From contig OZ076409.1 in the NCBI GenBank assembly GCA_964187785.1, positions 30,382,001-30,446,000 on the forward strand: a stretch of DNA of 64,000 nucleotides, read 5' to 3'. The notes beneath the pieces are model-generated. The model saw only the letters and a list, made by a program, of their open reading frames with translations. It was not told where the DNA came from and made no database searches. Of the stretch, positions 39,004-50,699 are shown piece by piece; the stretch's first letter is position 1; the number at the start of each line of letters is the position of its first letter. This DNA is from Amphiscolops sp. MND2022 (Eukaryota). The position numbers were made by a program, and so were the translations under genes.

Positions 39004-41790
39004 TGTTACGGTTTACTAATGGAGTGTTGCTTGGGACAGTCGTTTTCGTTTTGATAGCGGTCGAAGTTAGAGTCATGAAGGCAAGTTTAGCTTCAGAGTC
39101 GGAATCTCCGATGTTTAGCAGATCAACTATTTCCTTGGCAGTAGGATCTATCCGTTCAACTTCTCCGTTGGATTTTCGGCTGAGATTTTAGTGAGATCAG
39201 ACATGATTCCCATTCTGTGGGACGTTTTAATCTTGTCGAGATTTTCCAGTTGTACTCCTGGAGACTTGCTGCGACCGGCTATCAGATTTTCAGTAGGATT
39301 CTTTTCGGTTATTGGAGTTTGAAGATCTCCTGAGACTAGTTCCTCAACACCTTTGCTTTTCTAACTTCTAGTTGTCTCTTTCAAAGAGAAGTAGGTTTTT
39401 TTCGCAAGTTTGAAGTCAACTTTGACGTTTTGTCTACGTTAAGAAAACAATTAACAAAGGTAGTTAACAGTGTCTGAACTTTTTCTCCAGGTATAAATAT
39501 CTTCCCACCATCATTTGTTCCTCACTTGAAATTCCTAGGTACCCTAAAAATTGGATTAGTTCACTTAAAAACCTAGCTGATTCATATCATTTCAGTCCTG
39601 CATCCCACAATCAGGTATTGAAATTCTTAGTTGCGGCGATTATTCGTCAACTTTGTTGAAATCCAAATTGTTGAAAAGTCCTTACTTCCTGTTTGTACAG
39701 TATATTGGCGGTGAAATAAAAATCGAGTTAGACTGCCCTCATTAAAAGTACGCTGGCGTGAACGTGAGCAACTAGTCAACTTCCAGTTTGAGAAACCAGA
39801 AGGATCGAGACAAAAGTGTGATTAGCAAAGTTTGTCACGAGACTAAAACGGATGGGAAGGAAGGTTGTCTCGAAATTTAGGTTTAGGAAATATGGAGGAA
39901 GAAATGATGCTGAAGTTAACTAGGCATCCATTAAGAGGCATCCGTTATAATTATTTGCTTAGATTACATACTTGTATTCTGACAACTACTTTCAACCAAA
40001 TTTGTTGTACCATTTTGGGTGTTCTTTTTCTTTCAGGCAGTATGATATCCGTTGGGATTACGGATCTAAATATTGTTTTAAAAATTTTTTTAGGTTGAAG
40101 AGTTATTTTCCTTGTTGGATTTCATGTTCTCCTTTTGAGATAGATATTGGCAAGGAGATTATCCAAGAAACAAAACCGGAAACGAAAATAACCGTGCATG
40201 AAATGTGAGACCGGAAGTTTCAGTTTGCAAACTTACTTGATTCGAATTCTGCGTTGCGTTTACGTTACTTTTTGTAGTCTAAATTCCCTTACGAAGGTTT
40301 TAGCTGTGCGGTAAGTAATACTTAAACTAACTTACAGCACTTTACAGTTTTCATGGTCCCGCTATGCATTCTTTCTATGCGGACCATATTGGCAGCAAGT
40401 GCACCAGCCAGGAGCATGCTGTGACCGGGTGCCTCTCGATATCGTTATGATTGACCCAACACAATGAGGGATTTCTCCCATTACCATAACTGGGCGCTTC
40501 CTGTTCCTTGTCAGTCTTTGTGACGAAGAATGAATTTGACGTCCACCAAACGTACATTTCGTGATCGAGCCTTCAAGAAGAATTCCATAGACCCTTTCTA
40601 TCTCCGTGATAGTGGGTTCCATCAAGTCGTCTAGTTTGTCTACTTCGTTTAGTGGGACTTCGAGCAATTTGCTTTTAACTGCAAATGTCTCCCTTCTTTC
40701 ATATTTTTCGGGACTACATCCACCCAAAATTCCTCGGTGATTCTTAGGTTTCGAAAGAGGACGCTAACAATTTCGACACATTCAGATCGAAGAATAAACT
40801 GGCTAACTCTGCTTCACTCCCTTTCAAGGCTTCCGTAGACGATTCGCTTAAATCAATTGTCCTTACCATGTTCAGGGTTAGAACTTTTATGGGGTTCTTT
40901 GTCGATTATCTTCTTCATCTGACGGGATGTCGACGACGAATATTGATTCACTCATTTCACAGAATTAGTTTGATGACAGCTTTGATGGTTAAGACGACTG
41001 TTTTCTCTGGTTATTTGAACGTCAACTGGAAAGTCAATTTTATCGCTTGCCGTATTTTTGATAGCTTCAAATTGACTCATTTTCTTTCTCGTTTCCCTTT
41101 GTTTTCATTCTGAAAGCGTCTTGCTTTCGTCTTTGCTGGGATTGGCTGAGGCGAAGAGAAAATATTCTATTTGTTCTTTTCCTTTCCTTCTCAGCTATGT
41201 CGTTATGACGTTATAAAGTTTTCACATCGAGGTTGCGCCAGTATGACGTCATAACTCCCACAATGGTTTTCTTTTATTTTTGTTTTTACTTCTTCAGATT
41301 TCTTTGGTTCGAAAATGGAAGATGTTCTCCGATCAACTGCAGCTAGTTTTTTTTAGTGGCAACGAAACTGTCTATTCCTGGACTGAGTACAACGTCCAAC
41401 AGTCTGACGTTTAAGTTTCGCGTTCTGGGCTGAAATTTTTCAGACTTTTATGGGTAAGTGGACTTTTTTTTGGTGATCAGCTTTTTAGTCTTACCCGTAT
41501 TCCTGCCGCGTCTGATTCGGATCTTGGTATCCGATAACTCAACCTGTTGAATCTACTGTCGAACCGGGATGTAAACTTGGAGACTCTACGGGTACTGCTG
41601 CTCCTTCTGTTGCTGCAGGTTTTCCTTCCGTGGAGTTTGTTGCTGAAAGCTCCGGTTCTGTGGATCTACCAGAAACTCAGGGAAGGAGTTGAGACTAATC
41701 CCCCTGCTAATGAGGAAAGAAGTTGGTGGCGGCGGCTTGTGAGACTTTCTAGTATTGTTTGACGGTTGACGAAGAGATAACAGCGACCTC
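39004..41790 (-). mobile_element. Truncated giant Gypsy element F: 3' LTR (39004-40426), ORF3 remnant and 5' exons of the antisense gene
   Basis: TGTTACGG...GCTGTGACC ends resemble element D. The LTR Gag-leader remnant aligns with 56658-57054. On the plus strand there is TTCTTCAG|..ATG at 41315, a donor GTAAGT at ~41454 and an acceptor at ~41488, mirroring 46361-46632. Confidence 0.65.
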
Positions 41791-42947
41791 AGAAAACCAT
41801 TCTAGTTCTCTAATTAGTCACAACACAAAAGCATTCTCATTAGATTGAGCGCAAACATCTCGACCATGCGACAACGCTATTGGTCCGCTAGGCAAGTAAT
41901 ACAAAAGATCAGCCTCAGAGCGTGAGGCATGCATTACGTTGAAACTATTTGCTTAGAATACATATTTGTGTTCTGACAACTACCTTTAATCAAATTTGTT
42001 GTACTATTTTTTATGTTATCCGTTGGTATTACGAATCTAAATGTTGTTTTCAAATTTCGCTCAGGTCGAAGAAGAAGTAATTACATTCTTGGATTTCATG
42101 TTCTCATTTTGATCTTTAGATTAGAATGTAGAGTATCTATCCAATCAATAAAACGGAAAATAAAATAACTGAAAGTGAATTGCCAGGCCAGAAGTTTTAG
42201 TTTGAAAACTCATTTAGTTCCAATTCCGCGTTGCGTTTACTTCAACTTTTGTATTCTATATTCTCCTGCAAATTATTTAGCTACGCTGTGAGTAAAATTT
42301 AAACTAACTTCAAAGGGTTTAGAGTTTCCATGGCCCAACTTCTGCATTCTTCTATGCAGACCTTGTTGGCAATAAGTGCACCAGCCGGGACCGGGCTGTG
42401 ACAGGGCACCTCTCGATATTGTTATAATTGACCCAGCTCAATCAAGGTTTTCCCTCATAATCTTTATCAGGCGCTTCCTGTTCCTTGTCAGTCTTTGTGA
42501 CGTAAGTGCACTCCACCTCCACCACCTGTACTTTTTGTAGTCTTGCATCTTTTTCTATCTGCATGATTGAGTTCGATCAAGTCTTCTAATTTTTCTACTT
42601 TGTTTGGCGGGACTTTGGTTAGGGGGACGTGTTTGTAACGTCCCTCAGAGTAGTGACTGGGGGCAAAGGAGGTAGAAAACGCGGGTTGTCAAGCTCCTCA
42701 AAATAATCGTCATCAGCAGTTTCAGGCAATTGGCTTTCAAGTCCAAATGTCCCCTCTTTGTCTATTCTTTTGACGAGAAGATAGTCGATAAGGTGTAGAA
42801 AGTTGGAATTTGAATACAGACTGGCTTTTGCAATCATTCGAAAACCATGATGAAGCCGTTGACCACTCGCTGCCCGAGTGATACCCGATTGAGCTTGATA
42901 TGTGTATTGCATGTAAGGCTGAAAATGTACTCAGCTTTAGTAGTTCT

Positions 42948-45292
42948 TGTTACGACTTACCTTCGTGTCAAGGTCGTAAATTTTGAGGAGAGTTGATTCG
43001 TACTGTTTTCGTCGGGGTGAGGAAGCTTTTTTCATTTTCCGTTTCATCTACCGTGTTATTTCGTTCATTTTCTCCTGTTTCAGAGCTCAGAAGCTTCAAA
43101 ATTTCTGTTTGAGATTCTAAGAGGATTTTTTTAAATCTCAGAAGTAATTTCTTCCTTCAAGGAGTCTCTCAAACTCTCCAAGGAGCTATTTTCTATCCTA
43201 GGGGACTTTGGTCTTGACGGACCTGCTACGTCTATATCCAGATTTGATGAACTCGAGTTCTCCATATCTATTGGTGAAATGAAACCTTCACTTACGATGT
43301 CTTCAGCATCTCGCTGAGTGTTTTTTTGGGTTCTTGTTGTTGACATATTGATGAAGAAAGTTTGGATTGAAGAATTCAATTTTATTATTCAAGATTTTTC
43401 AACAAGGTTTAGTTGGATTGAAATAGATGCAAATGAGATTTAGAAAAGACTGAGTCCCTTAATCATCAAATCCTATCATATATATTTATACCCTCCCAGC
43501 ATCATATGATCACGACTAGAACCCTAATTTTCCTCGAACAGTTAGTCATTTCCTGTTTCATGGATGCAAAAATCACGAAGATCCCAAATTTGCGACAACA
43601 ACTCGTCAAATTTTAAGACACGACGGTTTTATTCTAGCATCAGTCATCGACCATGATCATATCATTTCATCCCGGCGTCCTTTTGCTTCCTCCCAAGCAG
43701 GAAGTAGATATTACTTGAAACTGTCACACCGGAAATGCTTCCCTGTTTTACTGCTTTGGTTCGCGGGAAATTGACGCTGAGATGACACTGACGTGAACAA
43801 CTAATACCTGATTTTGAAATTCAGCATGAGGAAAATATGACTAATTTCAAAATCATGATTACTTGAGCGGTGCTAGGAACGATAATTTTATGAATTTGGA
43901 CTCTTTCTTTTCGTTAGGAATAAAATTAGGATTACGATATTAAAACATTCATTAACAACATTTTGGCCTTGTCGCGACAAATGCGACAAGTTGGCAACGT
44001 AACTTTAACAACATGAAACTTTAAATACAGCAACATAATATTAGTACATTCTGGTGTTAATAACTGTGCTCACAGAACAATGGTAAATGTTGTACAAAAC
44101 CAGGTCAATAAAAATCAATGGATAGCGAATACTGGTCCTCAAGCATTTGGTTTACAAAAATACTACGGGTATTAAAATACATTCATTTCTCTGTTCACAA
44201 GGGCATAAACTGTGACCTTTATGATTAGTGGATAACAAAATCCCAATTAAAGTTCATTTCTCACTGTAATTTTAGGTGTACGATATTTTAAATGACGAGC
44301 CACTGACGCAGATTCGTTAGGACACAATCTTTTAATTAAGATCGTAATAAAATGTGTATTTCCTCCGTATTAGTTTCATTTAGATGAGAAATCCATTTTC
44401 CTATCCTGGAAAAGTTAAACAACTGAAATTGGTAAGTTTTGACATCGTTTTGGCGTAGTTTTCTTAACTCCATCGAGCGGATTTGTCTAATTCCTCTAAT
44501 TTCATGAACTTGTCGTCGTCACTAGGACGCATTTTCTTGGCATAACTAAGTTCTGCCAAGTTTCCCGCATCGTTGACGCATATTTTAGGACAAGTATTCA
44601 GTTAGTTACCAGTATCGTGACGTCAAGTTGGCGGAAAATTCTACTGAGGCCTTTAATAAAGGCGGTTGATTGGAACGATTTTCTGGTAAGCATATGCGAG
44701 GTACTGACGTCACACGATATCTCTTCAAAACTTGTCTACGCCTTGTTGACGACAAACGTACAGGTATACTTATTTCTACTGCTGTTTTGTTTACTTAGCG
44801 CAGTGCCGTCGTTCTAATCCGCATTAATTGCCGTTCAAAGTGCAATTAGGTTATCTTTCTTAGAAAAGGCTAAATCTCTTCTGCGTGCCATCTCAATGTA
44901 TTTTCTATTTTAGATCTGATTAATGTTACTTTTGGAGATGATTTTGGAGATGTTTTCATTTAGATTAGTATATGCTCTCTTTGTTTTAAAGCATGTTTAG
45001 ATTTAGTTTTCAGGTGGCGAATGTTACTATTTTGACGTGACTCAAACGTCTTACCGTAAATGTGTGAGAACATTTTAGCTCATTTCATTCTCTATCTTCT
45101 TTTTTCATTTTGAAAGTTGCGCGAAGCGGACGTATGTTTCCGTATTTACAGTCACAGTTTATTTTAGTATTAGTTCGAGAGTTTTAAGGTAATATCCAAA
45201 ATACCACCTGGGGAATCTCAGACTACACCCGTGCCCTCTTCCGATTCCCACTCGTTTGCAGTGACAGTCCAGACCGGGAGCGGGCTGTGACA
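42948..45292 (-). repeat. 3' LTR of element D (2345 bp)
   Basis: Collinear with 56649-59047, with scattered substitutions and indels. Confidence 0.95.
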
Positions 45293-45907
45293 GGGCCACT
45301 CCTCTGGGGAAAGCACTTCTCCAGGGTTGTCGTGGCATGAACGTCAATGGAGTTAGTCTCGACTCAAGGTCTTCTGAGCCACCAATGCTGCGTTTCTCTT
45401 CGAGATCGTTCAAGGGGTTTGCGGGATTAAAACTGATCTTGCCGGGGGTTCCCGGCGGTGTAATAAAATAAGAGGCAGAGTCTTCTTGTTATAAAAGTAT
45501 TCCGCCACCCTGCTGCTCGTTTTTGATTCTGCATTATCTGGCGATTCTTCTACGACAAATACGTCGGAACACATGCTCTCGTCAGGGCTTTCCGGGCTGT
45601 CTGGCAAGTCTTCATTCTGTCTTTCTGTGGGATTCTTTTGTGGGGCGTACGTCTCCGGCTCAATCGATTCTAGGCTAGAGTTAAGCCTCAACTTTTTGCA
45701 GCTTGACTCGAGGGAGTCCGTCGAAATGTCGAAACATTCCTCTTCGTCTGCTGTAGCTTCGGCCGATGAATGGGACACTTGTAGTATTACCCTGTAGCTA
45801 GGGATAATTTCACGAGGAAGGGGCGTAGAGGCGCGTTCCAGAGTTCTTTCCTCATCCTCGCTTGAAGAGATGTCTATAAGCTCCTAGACGTTTTTGAGGC
45901 TATTCAT
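45159..45907 (-). pseudogene. Acidic Ser/Glu-rich sense ORF3 of element D, running into the 3' LTR
   Basis: MNSLKNV*ELIDISSSEDEERTLERASTP... continues as ORF 45410-45778 and then 45159-45413. Confidence 0.5.
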
Positions 45908-46379
45908 TTTTTGTTGCTTTTGCTGATTCATAGGCTGCAGAGCTGCTGAATTTCACTTGTTGATTGTTCCACAATAAATTTAGGATTAATTGGGATTAAG
46001 GAGACTATGGGACAAATCCTTCCATTCTGATTGGTTAATCAATCTTTTTAATCCTTTTATTCTGCAAGTGTTGACGTTATGTGGACATCGCATTTTTATT
46101 GGCTGCAAATTGGGATAGTTCACTTAGCCAAACTTGTCAACGTTTCGCTGACGTCACTTTCGGTAGCTTAGCTAACTTTTAGAATTTGTGACCGTTATGA
46201 TGACGTCATTGTAGGTTACAGGATTAGTTTCTTAACCCTAATAACCTTTTTGTCGACGTTATGCCGACGTCAATTTCGTTGGTAATTGCCAACTTTATGT
46301 TTCGTCACCGTTATGATGACGTCAGTTTCGGGTGTTTTCCATCTGTAGTTTTGTTTTTCAGATTTCCTGTCACTTTGCA

Positions 46380-49300
46380 ATGAATCGCAATTTTCCTCCT
46401 GTTCGTCATGACGCTGGCGCGCAGAGTGGGAACGAAACTCAATATCTGTTTTCGGAAGCAGATGTTTGAGACAGCGAGACTGACCTTTTCAGTCGACCAG
46501 TACTTGGTAAGCTTGTTTTCCCCCTGTCCTTTAAGTTTTTCTGAATTATACCGTTAGCAGTTAGGCCTTTCCTGTCTTGGTATTTCCACAGCTTAGATTT
46601 TCTTGACTCGTCGATGTAGGGGTTTGTTTTAGCTGCTGTTTCTACATCTTCTCCTGTCTCTGGTCCTTCCGCTCCTGGGATGGTCTTTCTTCCGGCAGAT
46701 CTTTCCGACATTGGAGTTGTTCCTCTTGAAACTCCAGTTGTTCCTGAGGATGGTGCGTTTGCTTTGGCAGTCGATTCTGTTGTTGACAAGCCTGTGGTTT
46801 CCCAAGATGAGGACCTTGATGTTCCTTTGGCCACCCTGGATAACAATCTTGTGGCAGGAGTCTCGCCACGTGAGGTTGGACGCGGTGGAGACGAGATCGT
46901 TGGAGTCACAGAGACTCATGTAGGTGAGGCTCCTCCCCGGCCTTCGAGAAAGAGAAAGGAGGAGAGGGACAGAAAGACGATGTTCCTGTCGCAGGTGTGA
47001 ACCAAGCTGAGTCTCCTCGATTTTGTTCATACCTCCCCGACTTTGAGCGGACATTTGGGAGTCGCAATAACTCTCCTACTGTTAGGCGCGGTTAGTTGTA
47101 CCTGCGTTTCCTTCTCTGTCTTGTTATATCTTCTTTCTTTGTTTCGCTCTTTCCTTCATTTCTACTGAGGGGGGAGGGGGGTCTGGTGAATGGAGTTTTG
47201 CAGGTGGTTGATAGTGTTTGTATTATTTTAGTGCATTTAGTCACTTCTGGAGAAGAATCGTCATCCAAGCGACGTCGGGTTCAGTTCGAGCCTCCACTTG
47301 CTCCTGCGCGGGATATTACTTTCAGTGTTGTAAGCACTGATGAAGAAGCAGCTTGTACTCCTGTGTTGCCTTGTACTCCTCAGCAAGCTGTGAGACTGGG
47401 AGAGGTGGTTGCATCTGAATTGGAGAGTCGGACTGTGGAACCCTTTGTTGTTCGTGAGTTCTCTTTTAATCTTCGTTGGCCTTGTTGTTGGGTGCGTTTC
47501 GTTGTTGAAGTTTTATCGGGGGGTTTATCCGTTTTGGTACTGGGATAATTTCGAGTGATTGTTGTAGGTTTCCAAGAGCTTGTGAGTCGTGTGGAGGCAA
47601 GTCTTGAAGAAGCAAGGACGCAACACCGGCAGCGTACGAGGGTCTATAGTTCACGAAATTGACCTCGGCGAGACATGCTCGAAGATAACCCGATTTTTGA
47701 GCTATTTGTGAGTGGTTCCAGTCCTGGCAGCGATAAGCACTTCTACTGCATGATATGTCATCGCGATGTGTCTATGGAGTCCCATGGTGCTGGTGAGTTC
47801 AGTCGTCACTTCTTTGGGAAGCGGCATTGGTTGCTGGACATTACCTACCGGGTCCAGAATAATATGCCCACATACAACCGCCTGATGGACCCTATGGAAT
47901 TGAGTGCAGCGAAGATCAACGAGTATATGAAACGTCCTCGCAAAGGGAAAGCTGAAGGCTGTACTCAGGTTGATTCATCTATTCCTCTAATGACACTGAT
48001 AAACTGTTTGTTGGAGCTCCTTCGCAGTGGTGGCAACTACACCCTTTTAAGGAAATTGTGGGGCTGTTTTCGGGCAATGCTGGGACCCGAAGATCTCTTG
48101 TTCATTTTGAATTCGAGCCGCCCAGAATCCTTGATTAGTGTGTTCTTTTGATTGTTTGGGGGGAAGGCGAAGAAGAAAAGAGAAAAAAATTGTCATTTTT
48201 GGGTGTAATTGTGTGGTGGTGATTGGGGTGGGGTGAAAACTGGCACCTAATTGTACTTGTTTTGTTTGTTTTAGTCGCTCATCTGTCAAGCATTGTTCCC
48301 TCGAGCATTGCGTTCTCTTGTTGCAAAAGTTTCTGCCTTCCGGGATTACAGCATGTTCTTCATTGACGATAGCGAGACGCATAGTTGTATTGTGCAGACA
48401 TGGGACGAACATGAGTTGTTTTGTGTATCCGTGCATGTTGAAGCATCTGGTTAGTGTGTCCCCATTGCAGAGGTGGCTGGCTTATCCCGCGTTGTGGATA
48501 GTTTGGCGTCATGTCAGTTGCCCGTGTCTTGTCAAGGAGGAAGCCCGGCCTTGTTACGTGTTCTCAGTGAGAACCGTATTGATGGTCGTCAATTTGTGCA
48601 CTACGAGACATTTTCTGAGGTAGTCTTCTTGCGTTGTTACCGAGAAGCTCATCAGGAAACCTTCGGGATGCTCGAAGTGACTTCAAAAGTCAACTTCTTG
48701 ATGTTGCGGTTGCGCGGAGCCTTGCAAGAGTCTTGGATGACCGATGTGCCAACTCTTCGTCGTTGTGTTGTCGCCGGCCGAGTGTCATTTGTTGATCTGC
48801 GTGGAGTCGTCGCTGAGTTGATTCCTATTTGGAAGACAGTTCGGGAGTATATGTGCTTCACTGGTTCTCCACATCTCAAGAGTTCAACTGACAGGGTAAG
48901 TTGTGTTGGCTGCTTTGTTTTCTCGTTTTTCCTTTTCTTAAGATATTTGGCCGGATTTCTTTCCTGTTGCCGGTAAGGGATTCTAGTGGGGGGGGTATCC
49001 TTTTTGGTTTCCCTGTGGGTTATGATGTGTTATTTTTGTTTTAGATGCGTGGCATAGACTGGATGGTCTACAGTGAGAATACGAATATTCTTCGTCTCGG
49101 GCTGCTTGACCATGTACTTGCTCTCTGTGAGTCATCAGTTTGTATTGCGTCTTTTTGTTTTGGGTCTATCAGGTGTTGTTATTCATCGCCGTATTTAGAT
49201 GCAGTGTGTTTCACGAAACAACAGACTGGCAGGAGTGATTACAGCTTTCACTCGTATATGGAGTTGTGTCAGTTTGTTTATTGTTTGCTTTCACGGAGTT

Positions 49301-50445
49301 GCAAAGTGCCATCATTGCCTGATCTCAATTCGTGGGAAGCTTTTATGGACGTCTCAAAGATAGCTTCCTTTGACTCTGTTTCATCAGCCGAGTTTTTGCA
49401 GAATTATGACTTTGGATCAACTGTGTGTCAGTTCAAGGGTGGCAAGGGCCCTGATTTCTTGGAACGTTGTCGGGAGTTTTTCGATCGTCTCGTGCAATTG
49501 ATTTTGGCGCAACCCTGCGTCTCTGCCGACTCTATGTGTGGACTGTACTGTTTCTGTCCCGGGTTGTTAATGGAAGGCGATGATAAGCACGTTTTTGATC
49601 TTTTCCGGAAATTAGTTCGAGTGCTGGAACGTAACAGTGCGATTTCTGATATTGAATCGAGCTGTGCTGTTGAAGAGTTCCTGACTTACGTGGTTGACGC
49701 CCGTTCTCGACATGTCAAAATCCAACCAAAGCGCTGAGGAGGTTGAAGATGTCGTGGCTCATCTTTTGGCGGACTACAGTTTCCTTGCTCGTAAGAATTT
49801 GTGCCGGGTCTTCAAAGTATGTTGTCTTGTTGCAGTGAAGCCTCGGGGAAACTTTCCTGCAGTAGAGATTGATCTCAGTGACTGCGAGGTTCCCAAATTG
49901 ACTGTGTTGTCTTGTATTCGTGGCGTGCAGAGTTGCGTGTTATCGGCCATTTATAAGCAGAAGTCGTTCTTCACGAAGCATACTATGGATCGAGTCCGGG
50001 ATGCTGTGTCAAAAGCGCGCAATTTTATGTCTTTGTCGTCTTTCAATCCATGGGAGAGGATTTGCGGAGATGGGTAGGGAGTGTTCGTGTCTCGTTACAT
50101 GAAGCTGTCCAATGACTATGTTGCCCTTCAGAAAGGAGATTCTTATGAGCGTCTTCGTTCTGCGAATAAGCGTGACCGTAAATTGCAGTCTGCCGGTGGC
50201 GATTCTTCGACATTGTCGTGTTCTGGGAGTGCTTTATCCTCAGTTGTCGGACACCCGTTTCTGGAGTTGAGGGAGGATCTGCTGCTGGGCCTTCCAATAG
50301 TCGACGCCTCCATAGCCGTATAGGATCATTGCTTGGTCGATCGCGGAGTGAGAAGAAGAATGATGGAACAACTACCGTAGTTGATAAGAAGAAGTCAAAC
50401 AACTCTGCCTCGAAAAAAACTGTTTCTGAATCCATAGGAAAATAA
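46380..50445 (+). pseudogene. Antisense spliced accessory gene of element D: BED/hAT-like zinc-finger protein
   Basis: ATG at 46380. Phase-compatible introns at 46507-46632, 46924-47240, 47454-47567, 48134-48274 (donor mutated to ATTAGT), 48896-49044 and 49127-49198. The finger reads FYCMICHRDVSMESHGAGEFSRHFFGKRH. A few stops and frameshifts remain. Confidence 0.85.
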
Positions 50446-50699
50446 ACTCTGTCGCATTGGACTCATCTTTAGTTGTATTTTAGTCCATTTGTAAAATGAT
50501 TTATTGTAGTCAGATTGTTACTGTCCATTTGGTCTTTGTGATTGTGATTTATGGATGCTATTAGTTTCAGAACAGTTCGGAAAAAAGGATATTGTTTCTC
50601 CTCAGTGAAGTTACGCTAGTGCAGCCTTCGGGAAAAGAAGACAACAAAAAAATCCAAGTGTATGAAGGAGTTGTAGAATACTCTTTAATTGAAAAATCG

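Noticed and set aside
45410..50445. env gene in the post-pol position
   Set aside because: The main gene is antisense and spliced. No signal peptide, furin site or TM anchor is evident.
46380..50445. Independent hAT DNA transposon or host gene inserted in D
   Set aside because: No TIRs or 8-bp TSD were seen, and homologues occupy the same position and orientation in several families.
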